This document shows positions 18,832 through 26,965 of a stretch of 64,000 bases of DNA, one piece after another. Made by a program: the position numbers and the translations under genes. The stretch comes from an uncultured Clostridia bacterium (lineage in GTDB: Bacteria > Bacillota > Clostridia > Lachnospirales > Lachnospiraceae). Below the pieces are notes generated by a model. That model saw nothing but the letters and a program-made list of their open reading frames with translations. It did not search any database and was not told the DNA's origin. The DNA lies in the NCBI GenBank assembly GCA_947643415.1, contig CANRWA010000011.1:19548-83547 (forward strand), given 5' to 3'. Positions within the stretch are counted from its first letter, which is position 1; each line of letters opens with the position of its first letter.

Positions 18832-20595
18832 ATGTTTTTTCTGAAATGTAAGCAGTTTTTCAAATCCCCAGCCCTGGTTCTGGCAATTCTTCTCTATTTT
18901 ACCTGGATCATACAAAAACTATTACCTGGCATGATCTCCGAAAAGGGTGATGTCGCAAATTCAATGACATACCCTCTTGTTTTTATTCCTGTGTCTTTTG
19001 TGTTTTTTATATTTCTTTCATATGCATTTTTTTCTGGTGAGGAAAAAAGTAAGGTGGATGAAGTTATCTTGACATGTAGAAATGGTAAATTAAGAAGTTG
19101 TTTTTGCAATCTTTGCCTGATCTTTTCCTTCAATGTCTTTTTGCTGTTGTTATTCGTTTTGTATTTGGGACTGCAGTGTGCCAAGGCATTAGGATCTGTT
19201 CCGATGGATGTGATCTGGTTTGGGGTACGCTGTTATCTGATCCATATTATTTTGGTAAATATATTTGCTGCACTGGCCGGGATGGCAGTTTCTTTCATCA
19301 AAAACGAGATAAAGGCATTTGTCGTTATGATCGTTGTCTGCTGTTTTTTTAGCCAGTTTTTTCTGGAATCTCTATATAAGCTGTCAGGAAATAATCTGGA
19401 GCTGTGGCATATGATGGATCTTTTTGGGCTGACCACAAGAATGTATCATGCTGCAGCGGATTATGATTATATTTTTTCCATCGAAAGCGTTGACTTGCAG
19501 CGCATCCTGTTCTGGATTTTTGCGACAGCCACAATTCTGATCTGTTACTTAGCACCAGGAAGAAAGCGGTTTTTTACTATCTGCAGTGGAGTGATCATGG
19601 TGATACTTTTTGTGTTGTATATGCAGCCCAATGGTGCCAGCTATCTGAATGTGAATATGGTGTCGGATGCAAATGATGAAGAATATAACTATTATAATGC
19701 GCATACGGAGCAGATTGGCACGCTGGAACATTGCGAATCGGAGGAAAACTTTAAGATCACGAAATATGTGGCGGACATTCATGTAAACCGGATTTTAAGT
19801 GCTGATGTGGAAGTTTATATAGATCAGCAGGAACTGGATGCTTATGTGTTTTCCCTGCGCCATGAGTATGAAGTTATTTCTGTGGAAGACGAATATGGGA
19901 AAAAGGTTAGCTGTCGACAGGAGGGGGACTGGATTACGCTTCACCCAGAGGATTCCATGAAACACTCAAAATTTATTTTTCATTATCAGGGAGCTTCAAA
20001 GACATTTTATTCAACTTCTCAGGCGATCCGTCTGCCTGCCTATTTTGCGTATCTTCCCTTTTCCGGGAAAAGATATTTGTATCTGGAATTGGAACAAAAT
20101 TATGGAGAACAAGATACTTCTCTGATGTTGTATAACGGATCTGTACAGGAGGGACCTGGTTATAAGGCAGAATATGATATAGTGATTGACAGCAGTCTGA
20201 AAGTGTACAGTAATCTTAAGGAAACAGAAGCCAATCATTTTCATGGTATCAGTGATGGTGCTACCTTGATGGCGAATACTTTTTTAGAGGAAGAAGAGAT
20301 ATCCGGAGTAAGAGTGGTGCATTCAAAAGCAGATCCGGGATATTTCCCAAAAGTAGAACCGGATTACGATGCCAGAGAGGAGTGGAGAAGCTTTATCGCT
20401 GAAAATGGCCTGCAGGGAAAGACGATTTTTGCATTGGGGGTGGTACATGGACGGGAGGATAACTATAGATATTTTGGAGAAGATCATCTTGTGCTGATAT
20501 CCCCCTGTACAGAAAAGTACCAGACATATCTAAAAACCGGGAAGTATCCATATTTTGAGGATTTAACGGAGGAAAAGATGCTTCTGGGATTATGA
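18832..20595 (+). CDS. ABC exporter membrane component with extracellular C-terminal beta-rich domain (M1-aminopeptidase N-domain-like, no HExxH)
   Basis: About 7-8 N-terminal TM segments, then a soluble domain (ITKYVADIHVNRILSADVEVYI...FIFHYQG). Upstream of an ABC ATPase. GGAGG RBS for ATG 18832. Confidence 0.6.
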   Translation: MFFLKCKQFFKSPALVLAILLYFTWIIQKLLPGMISEKGDVANSMTYPLVFIPVSFVFFIFLSYAFFSGEEKSKVDEVILTCRNGKLRSCFCNLCLIFSFNVFLLLLFVLYLGLQCAKALGSVPMDVIWFGVRCYLIHIILVNIFAALAGMAVSFIKNEIKAFVVMIVVCCFFSQFFLESLYKLSGNNLELWHMMDLFGLTTRMYHAAADYDYIFSIESVDLQRILFWIFATATILICYLAPGRKRFFTICSGVIMVILFVLYMQPNGASYLNVNMVSDANDEEYNYYNAHTEQIGTLEHCESEENFKITKYVADIHVNRILSADVEVYIDQQELDAYVFSLRHEYEVISVEDEYGKKVSCRQEGDWITLHPEDSMKHSKFIFHYQGASKTFYSTSQAIRLPAYFAYLPFSGKRYLYLELEQNYGEQDTSLMLYNGSVQEGPGYKAEYDIVIDSSLKVYSNLKETEANHFHGISDGATLMANTFLEEEEISGVRVVHSKADPGYFPKVEPDYDAREEWRSFIAENGLQGKTIFALGVVHGREDNYRYFGEDHLVLISPCTEKYQTYLKTGKYPYFEDLTEEKMLLGL

Positions 20596-21476
20596 CAGCA
20601 ACGCAGAGCAGACAGAAAAGGAGATTAGTGATTGTGATAGAAATCAAACATTTATGTAAAAATTTTGGAAGAAAAAAGGTTTTAAAAGATATTGATTGTG
20701 AGCTAAGCCAGGGAGTTTATGGTCTCCTGGGGCCGAATGGCTCCGGAAAGACGACGCTGATGAGGTGTCTGACGAATTTGTATCCTCTGACATCCGGTGA
20801 GATCAGGATCAATGGGATTTCCTCTAAGAGAGGGAATAAGCTCCGCATAGGTTATCTCCCACAGTTTTTTGGATTGTACAGAGAATTAACGGTAAAGGAT
20901 TCCATGCGGCTCTTTTGTGAATTGAAGAAGGTAAAAGGTTCTGATGAGGAAGAAATCATTGAGAAATGTTTGAGGGCAGTAAATATGAATCAGTACCAGA
21001 ATATCCCTGGAAGGAAATTATCTGGTGGAATGATCCGCCGGGTAGGGATCGCCCAGGCGCTGATCCGTGATCCAGAGCTGATCTTGTTTGATGAGCCTAC
21101 TGCCGGATTGGATCCGGAGGAACGGATGAATTTTAAAAAGGTGATATCCCATCTGGGGAAAGAAGAAACGGTGCTTATCTCCACCCATATCGTAGAGGAT
21201 ATCGAGGCGAGCTGTGACTACGTAATCATTATGAACCATGGGGAGATCTGCTGCGTACATAGCTGCAAAGAGCTTGTCCGCATCGCAGAAGGAAAAGTCT
21301 ATGTGTGCAGAAAGGGAGACGAGCAGCAGATTGAAGGCAGGTATTTTATAGAGAAACAATATGAAGAAGATGGTGAAATTTATTACCGCATCCTGACGAA
21401 TGAGGGCTGCAGAGTGTTGACGTCAGTATCACCGGTCCTTGAGGATGGTTATATGTGTATCATAAAGGAGATATAG
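20592..21476 (+). CDS. ABC transporter ATP-binding protein (exporter type)
   Basis: Walker A GPNGSGKT, signature LSGGM, Walker B LFDEPT, H-loop ISTH. Start may be a GTG at 20628 or 20634. Confidence 0.93.
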   Translation: MTATQSRQKRRLVIVIEIKHLCKNFGRKKVLKDIDCELSQGVYGLLGPNGSGKTTLMRCLTNLYPLTSGEIRINGISSKRGNKLRIGYLPQFFGLYRELTVKDSMRLFCELKKVKGSDEEEIIEKCLRAVNMNQYQNIPGRKLSGGMIRRVGIAQALIRDPELILFDEPTAGLDPEERMNFKKVISHLGKEETVLISTHIVEDIEASCDYVIIMNHGEICCVHSCKELVRIAEGKVYVCRKGDEQQIEGRYFIEKQYEEDGEIYYRILTNEGCRVLTSVSPVLEDGYMCIIKEI

Positions 21477-21482
21477 GAGAAG

Positions 21483-22130
21483 ATGAAACGGTTCTGGATA
21501 CAGTCAAAAGGAATGGGAATTATGTTTTTTCTGCCATTACTTGGTTATATTTTTTTTATTCCATTGTGTGTTATGCTCATAAACAAAGATGTGGAAGAAG
21601 CAGAACAGAGATTCATTACGGCACAACAGATGTGTTATCAGTTTATCCCCATTTTATCGACAGTCTGGATGTATATGTTCCAAAGGGAGTATGTGGAAGG
21701 GGAGGGCCGGGAAATCCTTATTCTTGGGGGAAAGATTCCCATGTTCAGTTTTATATACTGGATCTTAAATCTGCCTTTTATCTGGGTTGCCATATATATA
21801 CAAAAAGATACAGAAGGATATCGAGAGGATCTCTTTTACGAAATGCTGATTGCCAGTTTTATGATCTGTGGTCTTGTATTCTTTTTAAATTTTGCGGTAA
21901 ACAGCATTGCGCAGTCGCTCCTTCTTGTTGTCCTCTACATTTGGTTATCGAATGTAGATATTGAGAACATACTTGTTTTTCGTAACGGCCTGCAGGATGT
22001 CCAGCGGATTTCCTCATATTTTTATGTGGTTTTGAAGGGCGGAGGCATGTTCAGCGAACAGGCAGCGGTATATATAGTGATGGGAATGCTGTTCTGGCTT
22101 GGCGGCCTGTTTAAAGCAAGAAGGCTGTAG
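21483..22130 (+). CDS. ABC-2-type permease-like membrane protein
   Basis: About 6 TM segments, EYVEGEGREIL resembles an EAA-like loop, directly follows the ATPase. Confidence 0.65.
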   Translation: MKRFWIQSKGMGIMFFLPLLGYIFFIPLCVMLINKDVEEAEQRFITAQQMCYQFIPILSTVWMYMFQREYVEGEGREILILGGKIPMFSFIYWILNLPFIWVAIYIQKDTEGYREDLFYEMLIASFMICGLVFFLNFAVNSIAQSLLLVVLYIWLSNVDIENILVFRNGLQDVQRISSYFYVVLKGGGMFSEQAAVYIVMGMLFWLGGLFKARRL

Positions 22131-22336
22131 GGGGACCAGAGAGGCAGCAGAAGATTAGAGCTAACACCGTGGGAATCGTATATGGATATCTAATATTTTC
22201 CGGTCGGGACAGTACAGTTCATAAAGCCGGATATATAAAATGACAAATGTCATATATGAAAAGTGAGTTTATTCACTATAAGAAAGGCGGTTCATTCTAT
22301 ATGATAGAGTATGAGGAAATGACTCTGTTACGTTGA

Positions 22337-22366
22337 CTGATCCTGCCCTCTGGAGGGCAGGATCAG
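22337..22366. other. Perfect 14-bp inverted repeat immediately 5' of the RBS of the 1515-aa gene
   Basis: CTGATCCTGCCCTC-tg-GAGGGCAGGATCAG; no T-tract follows. Confidence 0.75.
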
Positions 22367-22373
22367 AGAAAGG

Positions 22374-25300
22374 ATGGACTGCATGAAAATGAGAAAAAGT
22401 GGATTTCAGGCAGTATTTCTTGCCCTGGTGCTTGTTCTTGGCGCCATTCCCCTGGTTCCGGCAAAAGAGGCAGAGGCGGCAAAGAAGATGAAACTGTCTA
22501 AGACAAAGCTCTCACTTAAGGTGGGCAAGACAAAGAGGCTTACAGTAAAGAACAAAAAAAAGAAAGCAAAGGTGACATGGTCTACATCGAAAAAGAAGGT
22601 AGCCACTGTCTCGAAAAAAGGTGTTGTGAAGGCAAAGAAAGCCGGGAAGGCAACCATCACGGCAAAAGTAAAGTACAAGAAGACAATAAAAAAATTAAAG
22701 TGCAGGGTGACAGTGACAAAGGCAAAGAAAAAACAGGCGGAGAAGAAACCAGATACCAGATCTACTGTGAAGCCGACAGCACAGGCAACAGCAGGCACAG
22801 TTAACAAGCCGGCAGCACAGCAAACAGAAAAACCGGTTCCGACACCTGTTTCACAGATACCGGAACCGTCGAAAGCGAAGGATTGGGATACAGAGAAGAT
22901 GGGTTCATTTACTGTGTCAGGAATCCGTTTTGAGGATAATTCCCTTACTTATCAGTTGGGCAGAAATGCAGTCTATCTGGATATAGGAAGCCGGTATTTT
23001 GATGTAAAAGAGGCGGTCCCGGATTTTACAAAATGTACCTTTGAAGTCTATGCAGGAGAAAAAAGATATAATGATGTTGTGGTGGGGGATATCAAGTGGA
23101 ATAATAAAAGTTACAGTGATGAAGAACTGGAAATATATACAGATGGCGGACATTATGAATTTAAACTATACATAAATATGGATGGCACGACATATAGAAG
23201 CTCCTGGGTGATGGCGGAATATATGGGCGAGATCAGTGACAGCGGAAAGGATTTCCTGATTTCTTCCATTCAGACAGGACAGAAGACCCTTACACCACAG
23301 AAGGATATGCGTTCTACTGCCAATCATTATATGATTGATCCTGCTGGTGCCAGTGTAAAGGCGGATCTGCCTGACCTGGAGAGGGCAGAATTTACAGCAG
23401 TATATATGGGAAAGAATGTTGAGGTCGAAACGATCAGTAAGATCCGTTGGTATGGCCAGTCTTATTATGAAACCTATGAAGAAGGCACAGGATACTATAC
23501 ATTTATATTGAGTGTCCGAAACGGGGCACAGAGAATCCGTGTTCCGGTCATTCTCAGTGACTATAAGGATCAGTTGGATATCTACCGGTATTCCTGGAAG
23601 ATGGAGGGAAAGGAAAATGAAGAACCGATACAGGAATACAATACGGTACTGTCCATGGAGATTCCAGGGAATAATTCCCTGAAAGAGGTATTTCCGGATC
23701 TTTCCCAGTCTTTTACCTTTTCCTGTATCTATCGGGATAAGGTATATGAGAATGTGAAGCCCGGCAGTGTAAGATGGGTAAATGAGCCATTTCATGATAA
23801 TAAATGTGACAGAGGGTATTATACGTTCACACTTTCTGTCACCGTAAATGGAAAAGAGAGATCAAGGGAGTTTTTTCTCACAGAGGAATACAAAGGGATT
23901 ACTTATGAAGTCAGCGGAAAACTCTATAGTGGTACCAATGAGACGCCATCCGGTCAGGAACTTCGGTTCCGGTCTTTAGATAGTGGTGATTTTTATAAGG
24001 TGACTACCGGAGAGGGAGGAACATATAAAGTTCAGCTTCCGGAGGGGGGCTTCCATGTTTATTGGAACGGATGCCGTTTGAATCATAATATAAAAGTAGA
24101 GAAAAAGGATATGACGCAGGATATCAGGACCAGCATGTATAAGGTATCTGGTGTTATTACGAGACTTGGTAAGCCGATGGCAGATTGTGATATCAGATTT
24201 GTTCTGGATAGTGAAAATGGTTCTGTTCTGTGCCGCACAGGGAAAGAGGGGGCGTATTCCGTCTGGCTTCCTAGAGACTGTGGAATATATTTGGAGTTAA
24301 ATGATCAAAGACTGACACCGGTTGATCTCGATATGCTTAGTGGTATAAGTGAAAATATTTCCAGAAATATTGAGATAAACAGGGTAAAAGTTTCAGGGGT
24401 TTTTTACCAGAAAGAAAACATTCCCCTGGTGTCTGGCAGATGTTATTTTGTGAAGGGGGACCAGGAGTTATACAGTGCATATAGTGTTGTGTCAGATGAT
24501 GAAGGGCAGTACGAAGCTTATCTTGAGCCGGATACCGCCTATACACTGGTGTATGGTGAAGGGATTCCGGCAGGGATGGTTCAGACAGAAAAGACCGATA
24601 TGGGAAAGGATGTTACGATAGGTGTTACAAAGATCAGGGGAACCCTGAAGACGAAGAGTGGAGGTATTATGTCAGACGGCCGGATAGTGAATTTTTACAC
24701 GGAGGATGGAACATTGGCTGCGGCAGCATATTCTGCGGGGGGAACGTATTCCGTTGATCTGAAGCCGGGTACTTATACGGTAAAGATAGAGACAGAACTG
24801 TATGATGAAGAATTGGAACGGGTCGAACTGGTGCTGGATCAGAAGCTCACAGTGGGTTCTGGCAACCAGATCACTGACATCATCACGCCATTTTATAAAG
24901 TAAGTGGAGTTATCTGCAATAATTCTGAAATATGGTGTGATAAAGTGGATATATACAATAGCGAAAATCACAATATGACAATATGGACAGAAGATGGCAG
25001 TTATGAAACGTATCTTCCGGCAGGGACATATTTCTTCAATATTCAGGAGAATGATGCGAAGAAGAAAACGATTGTTATAACGGACAGTGATATCCAACAG
25101 GATCTGGATTATAGTTATCCCATGGTGAAGGGGAATATTTACCGGGCGAAGCAGGGACAGCAGTTTGAACAGGATCTGAATATGGAAAATCCTGTATACC
25201 TGCAGATCGTGGATGAAAAGGATAATTATATAGAAACGATATATCCGGAAGATGGCACATATGAGTGTTATGTGCCGGGCTCTGGTACATATAAGGTAAA

Positions 25301-26921
25301 GTATGGAAATATGGTTGTGGATACCATTACTGTGGACAGCGATAGAGATCCCGTAACATCATATGATATTGTCTGTGAACTTTATCTAGTGTCCGGAGTG
25401 GTAACGGGAGTCCGTGACATGAAATATGTTTATAATAATCTGTATTTTTGTTCAGAAGGGGAAATTTATATCGGGACAGAAAAGGGGAAGCCTGATTTTT
25501 CGAAGAAAGAACAGCGGTTTTTTGTGTTCCTGACAAAGGGAACATACCGATATGAGGCATCCTTTAATGGTGATACGAAAGAGGGAGAACTGACCATATC
25601 AGGGGATAAGACAGATGTGGTCATAGATATGCCGGTAATAGCCCAAATAAACGGTGTACTGACTGACTCAGAAGGTAATCCGTGCCGGAACGAAGATATT
25701 GAAGTGGCAGCAGAAGATGGCCTTACAAACTATTTTTCCACAGACATGACAGGCGGGTATCAGTTCTATCTGCATCCTGGTTCATATACTGTGTACTGTA
25801 AGGTACAGAAAGATGGTATGGATTTGCATTATAAACATGGGACGCTTACTGTGGGAGTGGAAGATATGACATATAACATACAGAAGAAAGCGGCAGGAGA
25901 TATTGACAGCAGTGATATTGGGGGACCAGGACCTGTTAATCCTCCTGATATGCCAAAATACAGGATTTCTGGTACGCTTTCCGGCAGATCCGGTGTCTGG
26001 GCAGATACAGAAATACAGATTGGCACGGAGACTGTGACAACGGATGAGAATGGGCGGTATGAACTTGAGGTCTATCCGGGGGAACATCCTGTCTGTATTC
26101 AAGGGATTGCAGATCAAAAGATGGAAACGGTCTCTGTGACGGACAGAGATGTTGAGAAGGATATCATCCTGGATTATGTAAGGATATGCGGCAGGCTGCT
26201 TCATGGAGGGAAACCGGTGGGAGAGGGTAATCTGTCACTATGGACTGGGCTGGATGAGGCCCGGACATGTGTGGCGCATACCCAGACAAAAGAAGATGGA
26301 AGTTATACTTTGTATGCGGCATCAGATGCAGAATATGTCATACTCTTTGATACTGCCGGCATTGAGTTTGACCCGGTGGCAGTACAGCAGCAGGACATCA
26401 TGAATCAAGATCTTATTCTGACACAGACAAAGGTCAGTGGTACAATTCTGGCGGCAGATAAGACCCCTGTGCAGGGAGCAGAGATCTGTTTTGTTACAGC
26501 AGAAGAACATAATATACTTTCATCGGCGGTCTGTAAAGAAGACGGAAGTTATTGTGTATATCTGCAGCCGGGAACTTATAATGTATTGTGCCAGAATAAC
26601 AGGGTGATCAAAGAATCTGTTGTTGTGGGAGATACGGATATGCTATGCGATATAGATACTCCCCTTTATCGTGTTGATGTAACAGCACCGCCTAATATCG
26701 GAATCGTATTGTTTGATGCGGCGGGTACCAGAGAGGATTTTTGGTGTGATTGGAACGGGAATTATTGCGTCTATCTGGAAAATGGTACATATACGATGGT
26801 GAAGGCGGATGATGCAATCGATCCTGAAACAAAGGAGGCTATACCGCTGGAGAATATTGCTGAGGATAAGAAAATAATTTTAGAATTGGATGGCGCCAAT
26901 GAGAAAGTAGAAATCAAATAA
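22374..26921 (+). CDS. Large secreted/surface protein: signal peptide, Lys-rich Big_2, P/T linker, three ~110-aa unassigned repeats, then many carboxypeptidase-regulatory-like (transthyretin-fold) repeats
   Basis: Signal peptide ending AEAEA; KVTWSTSKKKVATVSKKGVVKAKKAGKATITA (Big_2); recurring VSG...G.Y.V.L.PG.Y units from about 23900 to the end. True start may be 22383. Confidence 0.75.
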   Translation: MDCMKMRKSGFQAVFLALVLVLGAIPLVPAKEAEAAKKMKLSKTKLSLKVGKTKRLTVKNKKKKAKVTWSTSKKKVATVSKKGVVKAKKAGKATITAKVKYKKTIKKLKCRVTVTKAKKKQAEKKPDTRSTVKPTAQATAGTVNKPAAQQTEKPVPTPVSQIPEPSKAKDWDTEKMGSFTVSGIRFEDNSLTYQLGRNAVYLDIGSRYFDVKEAVPDFTKCTFEVYAGEKRYNDVVVGDIKWNNKSYSDEELEIYTDGGHYEFKLYINMDGTTYRSSWVMAEYMGEISDSGKDFLISSIQTGQKTLTPQKDMRSTANHYMIDPAGASVKADLPDLERAEFTAVYMGKNVEVETISKIRWYGQSYYETYEEGTGYYTFILSVRNGAQRIRVPVILSDYKDQLDIYRYSWKMEGKENEEPIQEYNTVLSMEIPGNNSLKEVFPDLSQSFTFSCIYRDKVYENVKPGSVRWVNEPFHDNKCDRGYYTFTLSVTVNGKERSREFFLTEEYKGITYEVSGKLYSGTNETPSGQELRFRSLDSGDFYKVTTGEGGTYKVQLPEGGFHVYWNGCRLNHNIKVEKKDMTQDIRTSMYKVSGVITRLGKPMADCDIRFVLDSENGSVLCRTGKEGAYSVWLPRDCGIYLELNDQRLTPVDLDMLSGISENISRNIEINRVKVSGVFYQKENIPLVSGRCYFVKGDQELYSAYSVVSDDEGQYEAYLEPDTAYTLVYGEGIPAGMVQTEKTDMGKDVTIGVTKIRGTLKTKSGGIMSDGRIVNFYTEDGTLAAAAYSAGGTYSVDLKPGTYTVKIETELYDEELERVELVLDQKLTVGSGNQITDIITPFYKVSGVICNNSEIWCDKVDIYNSENHNMTIWTEDGSYETYLPAGTYFFNIQENDAKKKTIVITDSDIQQDLDYSYPMVKGNIYRAKQGQQFEQDLNMENPVYLQIVDEKDNYIETIYPEDGTYECYVPGSGTYKVKYGNMVVDTITVDSDRDPVTSYDIVCELYLVSGVVTGVRDMKYVYNNLYFCSEGEIYIGTEKGKPDFSKKEQRFFVFLTKGTYRYEASFNGDTKEGELTISGDKTDVVIDMPVIAQINGVLTDSEGNPCRNEDIEVAAEDGLTNYFSTDMTGGYQFYLHPGSYTVYCKVQKDGMDLHYKHGTLTVGVEDMTYNIQKKAAGDIDSSDIGGPGPVNPPDMPKYRISGTLSGRSGVWADTEIQIGTETVTTDENGRYELEVYPGEHPVCIQGIADQKMETVSVTDRDVEKDIILDYVRICGRLLHGGKPVGEGNLSLWTGLDEARTCVAHTQTKEDGSYTLYAASDAEYVILFDTAGIEFDPVAVQQQDIMNQDLILTQTKVSGTILAADKTPVQGAEICFVTAEEHNILSSAVCKEDGSYCVYLQPGTYNVLCQNNRVIKESVVVGDTDMLCDIDTPLYRVDVTAPPNIGIVLFDAAGTREDFWCDWNGNYCVYLENGTYTMVKADDAIDPETKEAIPLENIAEDKKIILELDGANEKVEIK

Positions 26922-26965
26922 GGCAGTACAGTACAGCATGTAAATAATGAGATGGAGGGTATGTA

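Noticed and set aside
26891-26900. TGGCGCCAAT match to the REP-like family
   Set aside because: A short match inside coding sequence (DGAN) with no flanking similarity; likely chance.
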